This document shows, in pieces, positions 25,238 to 36,042 of a stretch of DNA of 64,000 nt. The DNA is from Apostichopus japonicus (lineage: Eukaryota). Each line of letters starts with the position of its first letter. The stretch's first letter is position 1. Location of the stretch: the NCBI RefSeq assembly GCF_037975245.1, contig NC_092575.1, positions 8,269,331 through 8,333,330 of the forward strand. The letters run 5' to 3'. The notes beneath the pieces are model-generated. The model saw only the letters and a program-made list of their open reading frames with translations. It was not told where the DNA came from and did not search any database. Made by a program: the position numbers and the translations under genes.

Positions 25238-26085
25238 TAGTTCCAAGACACAATATGGACATATGGACAAACAAAACGGACAGAATATGACAAACAGTAT
25301 GGACAATATATGACAAACAATATGGACAGTATATGACAAACAATGTGGACAGAATATGACAAACAATATGGACAGAATATGACAAACAATATGGACAGAA
25401 TATAACAAACAATATGGACAGAATATGACAAACAATATGGACATTATATGACAAACAATATGGACAGAATATGACAAACAATATGGACAGAATATAACAA
25501 ACAATATGGCCAGTATATGACAAACAATATGGACAGTATATGACAAACAATAGGGACCGAATATGACAAACAATATGGACAATATATGACAAACAATATG
25601 GACAGTATATGACAATAAACATGGTCAGAATATGACAAACAATAGGGACCGAATATGACAAACAATATGGACAGTATATGACAAACAATATGGACAGTAT
25701 ATGACAAACAATATGGACAGAATATGACAAACAATATGGACAGAATATAACAAACAATATGGACAGTATATGACAAACAATATGGACAGTATATGACAAA
25801 CAATAGGGACCGAATATGACAAACAATATGGACAATATATGACAAACAATATGGACAGTATATGACAATAAACATGGTCAGAATATGACAAACAATAGGG
25901 ACCGAATATGAAAACAATATGGACAGTATATGACAAACAATATGGACAGTATATGACAAACAATATGGACAGTATATGACAAACAATAGGGACCGAATAT
26001 GACAAACAATATGGACAGTATATGACAAACAATATGGACAGAATATGACAAACAATATGGACAGTATATGACAACAATATGGAAA
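25238..26085. repeat. Minisatellite with a ~23-bp unit (ATATGACAAACAATATGGACAGA/T), ~36 copies.
   Basis: Direct reading. Minus-strand ORFs of 135-277 aa across it (…HIVCHILSILFVIF…) are translation artefacts of the periodicity. Confidence 0.95.
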
Positions 26086-26324
26086 ATATATTACATGAAT
26101 TTTTATGACAAAAAGATAATTTTATAACCTTTTAAGGAGTGTCCCCAAAATTCAATTTTGAAAAATTTGAATGTCCAAGACCATGGGAACATTTTCGTCG
26201 GGGACGTAAGGATTTTGCTTCTCGCATGGTTGGACTTGATGAACTAACTGATGTAATTTTCTGCAGTTAAATATTTAGTGACATCTCCGTGCATGCGTTT
26301 TATGGAGCACGTAGCAGACCCGTC

Positions 26325-26581
26325 AACTCTCCCGGTTTTACCGGGAGACTCCCGGTTTTTACCCGAATCTCCCGTCTTCCCGGGTTCATATTGTATTCTC
26401 CCGGTTTTTTAATGTTTCATCACTTGCGACATTTCTGAAATAGCCAACAATTAGTCCTATGCTTAGTAATTCCCCACAGTAACGCTGAACAGGAAAGGCT
26501 ATTCAGTGTAGTTCGCAAAACATGGCCCTGAAAAAAAGTGTTATTCTCCCTATTTTGGGGTCAAACAGGTTGACAGGTCTG
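26325..26581. mobile_element. MITE derivative (~257 bp) of the 17424-18316 family. 6-bp target-site duplication ACGTAG.
   Basis: Termini (gtagCAGACCCGTCAACtctcccggttttaccgggagactcccggttttt… / …tattttggggtcaaacaggttgacaggtctg) are the same as in the longer copy. ACGTAG is present at 26319-26324 and 26582-26587. Confidence 0.7.
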
Positions 26582-27602
26582 ACGTAGGCTCATGAGAGTG
26601 TACAAATTGTGAAGAATAAGTTCATCCTGAAGCAACACCTTATCACAGAATTATCTTCCATGAATTGAATTTTAATAAAACCTTACATTCGAGAGCATAC
26701 CGTGGTATAATACTACGGTATTTATTGAGTACAGGAAGGTTCGTCAGTATTTTGCTGGTATTGATTTCTAATTAGTCAACTATACTGTCTTTCCCTTAAT
26801 TTATTGTGTTAAAGAGATCATGCAATGAAAAGTGCACAGCAGAACGTATTCCCAGCCATTCTGGCAAGTAAAAACCTAAAATGTAGCGCGTAATACATTA
26901 TTTTCGATCATGAGTTATTGTAGTTTTTTTTTTAAATATGCAACAATTCTCCTAGAACCATATAGGTGTAATATTTTGGCAGCAACAGTTGATATGCCGA
27001 CGAAGTTGAGATATCAGTTGAGTTCAGTGAATAAGCGCGGGAGTGCTTGTTCAAAGCCATTCAATCTACATTAAAGGCTACCAGACTGCGTGTTTCAGTG
27101 CTTCTTTCTCGTAAATACTTGGTCATATTTACATTAGAAGGCAGTTGGGAAACATTCTAAAATACGTTAAAGTCTGCGCAGCTGCATATAAAGCACGTTT
27201 GTAAAACGTGCTTGGCTTATCTTTATGGCATTGTCATTGTCTGCACTACCGTAATGTAAATGTGACCCCGTACAGAGTGTTTCGAAGGCCTGTAAAACAT
27301 AGTTAGGTCCGACTCGCGTTAGTTTCAGATATATTTTCCCTTCAAAAGCTTTAAAATATGCACCGTTTTACTGAATGGTTGATATGGACCAGGGAGTTGT
27401 TCCATAACAACTCCCTGTATGGACTAACTATTACCGCATAAGGCCGACCTTTAATGTCACAACTTGAAATCAATAACACGGTAATGATGACGCTGCATTT
27501 AAACAGTGTATCAATTGACTTGCAAGTATTTATTTCAAATTCTTTGAGTAACACGTGAAACATATACTGTTTAAGAAAAGTCACCCAGGAAAAGAACCTG
27601 CG

Positions 27603-27757
27603 CACAAAAACCAAACTACCGAACGACTGATCCGCTCTCAACCCCAGTCCCCTTGCATCGGGACTGTGACTGTGATCATCGTCGGGTGTGTATCACCATT
27701 CCCCTCGAAAGGGAATAGATACTACACATGATCTTAGCCAAAAGGCCGAGAAGCGAG
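27603..27757 (-). other. Short interspersed repeat (~155 nt) whose first ~45 nt copy the 5' end of U2 snRNA. Possibly a U2-derived SINE or pseudogene-like element.
   Basis: Minus strand reads cTCGCTTCTCGGCCTTTTGGCTAAGATCATGTGTAGTATCT…, which is the U2 5' end including the GUAGUA branch-site-pairing box. It then diverges completely: no stem IIa or Sm site. Ends …gagagcggatcagtcgttcggtagtttggtttttg. Confidence 0.5.
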
Positions 27758-28824
27758 AAACATAGGCTATACGAATAAGAGTGAATGGAAGAGCTGAAGA
27801 AACGGTGATAATGTCATCGGACCTCTGTTTCCTAAACTTTGCAATAGACATAAGGAATTTTCAAAGAAGATTACGTAACATGATAGCGAAATCAATAGTT
27901 GTGAACGTTCGCGACTTTCCACTTACCGATGTGGAAATTTACGTTTTTGGTCCCGCTCAGGAAGAGCATTGTGCTGTGTTTTTATCTACAGCTCATGGAA
28001 TTTTCCCAATCATTGGTGGAATGTAACTTTGACTTCCTTATATACGTAAAAGGTTGATAGTTATGGTTACATTCGTGCAATATTTTTCCATGCCCTCCAT
28101 GAATTGAATACATATCCATCAGACTGTTCAGACAACTTTGAGAGAAGGCGTGAAACTCAACGTTTATTTTCGAAAGGTCGAAGTCTAGAGATATAGTTAT
28201 TTCTCACTGGCTAAACTTGACACTAAAATATCATTGATGGTGTGGTTGCCAGAAGCAGCGAACTGCGTAGGCTCCTATACTCTCGTAGACATGACATGTG
28301 CTCGTGTTATTGAACATATATATTTTAGTGGATTTTATTTAGGCTTTATCATTGTTTTCAAGCATGTTGTCACAAAATGCTTGAAGAAACTAATTAAAAA
28401 CCAGTCTAAAACATATATTTCTGCCTATTTTTGTTTACGTGTTTAACCTTCCTCAGTTTAAGCAAGTGTTGCTTCTGGAAATTATTTTGGGTCTTTTTTA
28501 AAGGGATGATTGTAACCTACAAAAATTGAGAAATATAGCACCATTTTGCATCTAGGCATTCCCTAACTTCAAAAAAATTTCAATGGGAAAGTGACACCCC
28601 TCCCCTTAGACCCCCCTCCCAGGACGGCGATCACTAGTTAGAAACATATCAATAAATAATGGGCCGGTCTAGGTGAAAAATGCCCGGGCCGGTTTTAAGA
28701 CCCGGTTTTAAGACTGGTCATTCAGTTTACGTCAAACTGTATTGCCTCGTGTGTTTAAGTGTAAACGGTATGTCTCTTCCTTATCCGTAGAACTGTTTCA
28801 CTGCATCGTAACATTGTTGTATCA

Positions 28825-30151
28825 CAGGGGCGTATCCAGGGGGGGCGCAACAGGCGCGCGCCCCCCCATTGGCCGTCACCAAAACAAAAAAAGTTTAGCA
28901 AAAAAAAAGAAGAAAAAAAAGACGACCTTTATATGAGATGTCGGTGATCGCTCAACCCCCCCCCCCCTCCCGTATGCTTTATTTTTTGTTTGCCAAAAAA
29001 AGGTTCTGGCGAAGTTCGGCGGCATAATAGTTTTAGAAACATAGATGGTAATTGTGTTTGTATTATCACTATAAACACTAAATGACATGCCAGCCATACT
29101 AAATTGTGCATTTTGTGTCCATATTTACTGGAAATGTTGCTTATTATTAAGGTCGAAAAATGGATCACATATGGCCATGGGCGGCAATCCTGGGTGGAGG
29201 GGGGATATATCCCCCCATGAAAATGGGTGGAGGGGATGTAATGCACCATATCCCCCCACCAAATGCCAGGGATAAGAATATTTTCATGCCTACATTTATG
29301 CATCTTCGTTAATGTACGGCTCTTTTTTAGCTTCATTTCTCGCCTACCATAAACGCAGTGCGATCTTTTCAAATAAAGCGTCTTTATAAAGCAAAAATAG
29401 TTGACTGTAGGCTTCATTGGCCCTATAACAACAAAATGTATTATTGCGCCCACGGTATTGATATAGTACATATATGTACCCTCATAGTATTCATATAGGC
29501 CCTATAGTAGGCCTACACACGTACATGTTCCCTCGAACAGCTGAGAATCTCATGTAACCAGGGTAATGCTTAATACACGTTTCACCTGGATGCCCTAGCA
29601 ATCGGTACCTAGGAATGTAACTATGTGTAATTGTGTATTGCATGTGTATAGGCCTATAATAGCCTGCATGAGGCCATTTTCTTCATCGAATAATAACAGA
29701 GCCCTCGAACATTCTAACGTTGCGCCTGAAACAAGATTGACAGGGGCAATTTTCCCAAAATAACACCCGAAATTAAAAAAAAAAGTATTTTGGATCCTGA
29801 TTATGAGATATTTCGGACATGACATCCCTATTTTAAAGTTGGGTATATGCCGCTTGGAAACCTCGGGAAGTGCCGTGTCCGGCCATCTAGAGGGTTTGTT
29901 AATCCCAAAATTTTCTTGTACGCTTCGCGCCAACTCATGGTGGCGCTACGCTTAGATAGTCAACAAGGCTATATCCCCCCCCCCCCACTCGGAAGTACGG
30001 ATCGCCGCCCATGCATATGACACCATTTTGCATTTCAGCCCTTCTTTGAAAGCAAAAATTGTACACCCCTCCCCTTAGACCCATCCCCTAGGACGGCGAT
30101 CATTCATGCCTGGCGCCCCCCCCCTATTGGAAAATCCTGGATACGCCCCTG
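28825..30151. mobile_element. hAT-like non-autonomous element, family C (~1.3 kb). TIR CAGGGGCGTATCCAGG…CCTGGATACGCCCCTG. ~8-bp target-site duplication (T/G)GTATCAC.
   Basis: 16-bp inverted termini share the GGCGTA core with families A and B. Flanking tgtatcac/ggtatcac. Internal sub-terminal segments (…cccctccccttagaccc…ggacggcgatca…) also occur as a solo fragment at 28560-28640. Internal ORFs (28929-29471 minus strand) have no recognisable transposase motifs. Confidence 0.65.
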
Positions 30152-30170
30152 GTATCACATACTGACCGGG

Positions 30171-30318
30171 ATCGCTTCTGTGCCTTTTGGCTACGGATCA
30201 TGTGTAGTATCTCTATGACAGTCGTATTACACATCTATATATAATCACATACGCACAGTCCTGATGCGGGGTGCCTTGAGTTGCGGAGAGTGGATCAGTA
30301 TAGTTTGGTTGTTTGGTT
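30171..30318 (+). other. Second copy of the U2-5'-end-derived repeat (~150 nt), inverted relative to the copy at 27603-27757. It directly abuts the family-C hAT element.
   Basis: ATCGCTTCTGTGCCTTTTGGCTACGGATCATGTGTAGTATCT… plus a shared tail …gcggagagtggatcagtatagtttggttgtttgg. About 75% identity to the other copy over its whole length. Confidence 0.5.
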
Positions 30319-32639
30319 ATCGTGCTCAGGTTCTTATTGGGTGACTTCTCATTATACAGAAAGGTGAACGAATCTTCCTGTAACCTTAACTTGCGCGTTC
30401 AACGCCTGTGTAGCCCAAGAGTACATGAGTTCGTGAGGATGTAGTCTGAATAACCTACGTACGTAAATTTGCTGGTTGATGAAACTCGAGAGCACAAACA
30501 TTAACAATAAAACAATGTAGAAACGAATAAGAACAGAAACAAAACATGTTTTTGGAAAGAACATAGACAAAATCGTTATATAGCTCAATAACTTCTTTAA
30601 CTTCTTCAAAATTCATTTATAATTTCCTAGTCAGTTGTCTGTTCACGTTTAACTAAATAATTACAGAAAGAGAAATTACTTTCAAAAGTACAACAACGAA
30701 GAGATAGGAACGTATAAAATGTGTATCAAATTCGAGTTTTAAAAATACAACATCTTTGTCGGACAAGTGACAACACCGTTTTGTCATAGAAATTTGAACT
30801 AAAATTTTGCCACCCCTCCTCTAAAAAAAAAAACCGAAAACATTTCATCCACTGAAAACACAAATATCAAATATTGAACAACTATGGCTAATTTGTTCGA
30901 TTGACGTCACTCATAGGGTGGTGTCACCCTATGTGAGTGTGAAGTCAGATTGTCATATAAACGACACTCTATTGTATATTGGGTCAACATCATTGTCATA
31001 GAGTCATTTAGCTCCATTAACGGTGAGTGAGGCTTTATCGAGACATTCTGAGAAGTGCCCGTTTTTAAATTACCCTCTTTTTGAAGTTGTAGTTAAGAAA
31101 GTGCCATGTAGTTGAAAATTAAGGTAAAGAGTAACTAAACTGAGCATTTTGTTGGAATACATTCAAAAACTGGAATTTTTGGTAAGAAATGCACAGAGGA
31201 TCCATGCACTTTCTTCGAAGGATTTGAGTTAACTTTGTGGTTTGCCCACTTACATCAAAGTAACATGTATGACCTACTACCCCTTGATGTTTGTGACCGG
31301 CCATATAGAACCCTCTTCCGATGCGGGCCCCTGTTTATCTCATTAACTATAGTCGTTTGCATTTGACTGGTGGGGAAGGGATAATTTATAGATGCCTAAG
31401 ATGCGGCGTGGAATCAATATGTTACATTTTGTTTTGTTGATGAATTGGCTTTTATACTTAATCTGCCCTTTACCTTATAGCTCTTGTTATGATATGAGAG
31501 TCTTTAATAATATAGCAATACTAATCCGTGCATATAGACATATCATGGTAAGCAATCGCAACACTGTTGAATATGTTTCTGCTGGTATCGGCATATGACA
31601 GGATTACAAGAATTTAAACGATGCAAACACAATGTATTACGAAAGCTACAGGTATAAATTACACAAATATTTAGGTTTGGCTGGTCTTGTTTGATAAAGA
31701 ATACTAACAGACTAACTACCAGTAAAAGCCTTTAGGTAGGGTTTACATCCCCCACCCCCGCCCCGCCCCCTCGCTCTCTATTCTATTATAAAGACTAGTC
31801 TAAATATGTACAGCGTTGACTATAACTGACGCACGAAGGAAATATACATATAACGGTCCGTATTTTTTTAATGAAAATACTATTTTTCCACGGGTTTCTA
31901 TGAAAAGTGCCCTTTCGTTATTTCAAAAGTGACCTTTTCTTACGCAGTTAAGAAAGATGTATTTCGAAACAGCCGTTTTGATGAAACATGAAGAATCAGC
32001 AGTACTTAAAAAGTGACGTTTTGTTGAAAAACATTAAACTACTGGAATTTTGTGTACCTAAATGCAGAGAGGTTTTATCGGCATACGTTTGGAGGTACTC
32101 TGCGGTTTGCTTCCTCAAATTAATGTCGTATGTCTTACTGCCCTTGGAAGTTTGTGCCCCGACCCAACATTGAACCCTCTTCTGTCGCCTCTGTATATCG
32201 ATCGGACCTTCCATTACGCCACATTCGTGTTATCTTCGCACAGGACAGGTCTCCTTCTGATTGAAGTGAAGTCAAAGTTTATGAGACTAGAAGCTGTATA
32301 GCCTGTCTTTGTATAGATATATAAGTGTGCTCAATATCGCCCCTGCTAGAATATTTTAATATAACTACCGCATCTGTATAAGCGAACATTATTAGTACCC
32401 TGCAACTGAGCTGATGACAGGGGTAACTGACCGAACTGTCAAATCACATCTCGGAGTTACGTAACTTGTACAGGATAATCCTTCGATTAGGATAACAGAA
32501 ATTAATTAGAGCGGTTCGTTACGTCACCGATGTTGACCTTCTTGCAACTTGGGAGTGATTAAAATGTCCCAAAGCTGATGTGATCCGTCTCCATACATTG
32601 ATCCTTGCAGTAACTTAATATCCAAGTTAAATCTGCTGG

Positions 32640-33095
32640 TTGGTCAATGACCCCAGACTGTTGATGTGTATGGTAGTCAGCATGACCCCAGACTGTTGAT
32701 GTGTACAGTATGGTAGTCAGCATAACCCCAGACTGTTGATGTTTATGGTAGTCAGCAGGACCCCAGACTGTTGGTGTGTATGGTAGTCAGCATGACACCA
32801 GACTGTTGGTGTGTATGGTAGTCGGCCTGACCCCAGACTGTTGATGTGTATGGTAGTCAGCATGACCCCAGACTGTTGATGTGTATTGTAGTCAGCATGA
32901 CCCCAGACTGTTGATGTGTATGGTAGTCAGCATGACCCCGGACTGTTGATGTGTATGGTAGTCAGCCTGACACCAGACTGTTGATGTGTATGGTAGTCAG
33001 CCTGACCCCAGACTGTTGATGTATATGGTAGTCAGCATGATCCAAACTGTTGATGTGTGTGGTAGTCAGCATAACCCCAGGCTGTTGATTTATGG
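32640..33095. repeat. Minisatellite with a ~35-bp unit (GACCCCAGACTGTTGATGTGTATGGTAGTCAGCAT), ~13 copies.
   Basis: Direct reading. Confidence 0.95.
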
Positions 33096-33458
33096 TAGTC
33101 AGTTTTACTTTACAGTACCACGCGTTTAGTTTCACACACTAAACTTAAATAATACTTAAAATATTAAAATAAATATGGACATTAAGCAAAAAAAGATTGC
33201 AACGTCGAATTGAAATGTTTCCAGGTTCCCATATTAATGATTTAGCCCAGAAATACAGCATTTGTGACAATGTTCTAATGCTGGTACTACCATGTTTGCG
33301 GTACCCTCTATCGTGCATCAATGCACATCGTCCTGACAGTATTCACAATTACCTACATTCATCTAAGAAGCCATTGGTACTAAGCATATGGCATGTCCAA
33401 TATGAACTGAAGGCAATGAAAAGTTAAGACATCGGTTGAAAATTGGTGCCACTTTTAC

Positions 33459-33801
33459 CAGTGGCATAGGAAGGTACTTTTGAGTGGGGGGCTGAAGACT
33501 GATGGCCGGCCTGGGGGAGGGGTCTAAGGGGAGGGGGTGACCCAGGGAGTGGCCTCAGATGCAATTTGGTGCAATATAGCACACTTCAACACCCACTCCA
33601 TTTTGTAAATAATTTGCATTTTCACCTGGCCTTAGATGCAATTTGGTGCTCCAAATGAGATTTTTTTTCTCATTTGGAAATGAAAAAGGGGTTTCTGACT
33701 TGCGAAGTGGGGGGGGGGGGGGCGGAATGATACTTCCGCCCCACCATATTTTTCACTGGGGGGGGGGCTGGCGCCCCAGCCCCCCGGTTCATACGCCCTT
33801 G
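33459..33801 (+). mobile_element. hAT-like MITE, family A, third copy. Target-site duplication is degraded (ACTTTTAC versus TCTTCTAC).
   Basis: Same termini (cagtggcataggaagg…ggttcatacgcccttg) and same internal sequence as the copies at 9967 and 15637. Confidence 0.7.
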
Positions 33802-35730
33802 TCTTCTACAATCATTTAAAAGTGACATCTTTAAAGAGTAATGGTCTTAATCTACGCAGCAGCGGCTCAGGTATAGTGTCTGCCATTTGGCTCCGTTGTG
33901 TAGCCATGTGGCTTATGTACATTCGACAATGAATGTGCCGGTACAGTTGACACGATAGCAATTCACCGTGATGAAGCAATGGAAAGTTTTGGTCTTGGAA
34001 GATTATCTTTGATGAATATTCATCGCTTGATGCAGCTATACAGCCAGTTGGAACAATTTCTATGCTAATACCTCTCTAAAACTGTACTCCAATATCATGC
34101 TCTCAAAGAATGGTATTGTCAGTACAAATAAATCCTAACCTGCCTCTGATATATGATATATTCATACCGCGCGTACTGTCAATACGAGTGCTCTGAAGCG
34201 GGACATATCACTACAGCATAGAAAAAATAGACCCGACTGGGTAAGCTTCACAAAATAACTTTACAGTTGAATGTTTTGTAGCCTACATATTAGGGTACTT
34301 TGGAATTACACTGGGGATAAAAGGTTATTTGGCATGTGGCATCAACATGTGTTCTAAAGGCCTGTTATCTTTAAAGAAGAATTTCAAAAGTGATAATTTA
34401 TGCTCCATGGGAACATGTATACTTTGACGCGGAGAACAGTATTTTTTCGAATGGATGCAGTTTTTGAAACTTCACTCGGCGCAACCAGGGTTGAAATATA
34501 ATTCCGACATTCGCCCACCGCATGATAGACGCAGACTTTTGTGTGCGGTCTACCAAACTAAATGATGTATACGGATCAATTTCGAAGATATATCATTCGA
34601 ATGTTCGAAGCATTTGATAACCAAATCGTGAGCTTAAAAATCTTTCGGTGTAAAACTTATTGCAATCAGTTTACCTTAAAAGTAGAGTGGGGGTATTTTA
34701 CCTGTACTTGGGAATCGACGGGAATTGTTAACTTTTCCTAACGATTGGTGCGCCCTCTATATAAATATGCATAACAGTGACCTTTGACTTCCTCACGGCA
34801 TGTCGTTCGATATTTGTGCTCAGCAACGGGAATTTTCTTTACGTGTTGATTGTATTTAGTACACATTGCTCAACCAAACAAGTGGGCGGAGCCTAAATAG
34901 GTTGCACATTCTTAATGCATGGCTGCATAGTGCATGTAAGTATGCAGCCTAAACCTAACCGATCCCCGTTTTGACAAGTACTTTTCCAATACCAAGCCCT
35001 GTACATTTGTACGCTTATTCCACGTTCGGGAATCGAAGGAAGTGGTAGGCTAGGTTAACACAAGCGGACCTTAGCATGAAGCACCGATCGATGAAACATC
35101 CGTAATTTCTGAGTCGAACCAAAGAGATAACCTTTCCTGTGAAATTCCATTGATCTGACAACGTTGACTAACCTAGCCTAACGGGAACTTACATTTTCTG
35201 CTCGGGAGTCATTTTAGGCCAAATTATAAATGTTTAGCGTAGCCTAGCCTATCTTAGTCCTATTTCAAGTATTTGACGGTATTCATTCATTTGCATCTGC
35301 CTCACCCATTCAGTAAACATTAACATCTCTATGCGGATTTATGATATTGGATACACATATTGACTGGATTGGAATACATAAGAAAGTCTTCGATTCAGGT
35401 TGTCATTCAAATTTATGCCGGATTCTCTGCCAAAACTTACCGCTTCCTGCATGCAGTAACTGTCCTTTTACATTTGGGGAACACGAAATTAACACTAGGC
35501 AAGTTAGGCTGCATAAAAAAAATGTATCACCTGCCTAGCAAGTGTAAGGCTTCAATTTGTACTGCATTGGCAAGTTATTACTAAGCCACTACTTGGTTTC
35601 AAGTACTCCATGAGAGTTTCAATGAAACTTGGAATTTGAACAGCCTCAGAGACTCGGACAAGTAAACTTGAGGAGAAAAAGTTATTAAATAAGGCTGAAT
35701 GGTTGTACCATTCTAGCAGATGAACAGTAA

Positions 35731-36042
35731 GTGAACATGGCAACAGAAACACTACTATTCTTAGGACAGGTTCCCTACCTGTTTGGGGTCTTCCTTGTTA
35801 TACAAATCTGGTACTTTGTGTACAACCACTTTTGTCCATTCCTTGACAGAATTCCACATTTAAAACATTTAAATCCTAGAAGAGCATGTGTTAAATTTGG
35901 ATTACATTTGGTGCCTTTAGCAGAATTTTTAGCATGGCAGGGCAGTAGAAACTGCAGTAAAAAGCATGACCATGGTGAGGAATCTACAGATGATCCAGAT
36001 GAATTGGAACTTCCAGATTGGTCTTATTATAAAGAAGGTTTT
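35731..36042 (+). CDS. PISD: Candidate alternative first coding exon of PISD, located inside the 18-kb intron. ATG-initiated, 104 codons. Encodes MNMATETLLFLGQVPYLFGVFLVIQIWYFVYNHF…DDPDELELPDWSYYKEGF, including a hydrophobic segment. Ends in phase 0 at a GTAAGT donor.
   Basis: Open frame bounded by ATG and a consensus donor TTTT|GTAAGT at 36043. Its phase is compatible with the acceptor at 39460. Vertebrate PISD is known to have alternative 5' exons; I recall one encoding a lipid-droplet-targeted isoform joining at this junction, but that is from memory and not verifiable here. No homology evidence supports the exon itself. Confidence 0.3.

Noticed and set aside
25035-26077. Long minus-strand ORFs (up to 277 aa; …SYTVHIVCHILSILFVIF… repeated)
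   Set aside because: They lie entirely within the 23-bp minisatellite. Their periodic amino-acid sequence is a translation artefact of the repeat, not a gene.
27603-27757. Possible functional U2 snRNA gene
   Set aside because: Only the first ~45 nt match U2. The branch-site-pairing box is present but stem IIa, the Sm site and the 3' stem-loops are absent, and a second diverged copy shares the non-U2 tail. It is therefore a U2-headed repeat or pseudogene, not a U2 gene.
28929-29471. 180-aa minus-strand ORF inside the family-C hAT element as a transposase
   Set aside because: No DDE or hAT dimerisation motifs are recognisable. It is rich in simple-sequence and poly-G-derived segments. The element is treated as non-autonomous.
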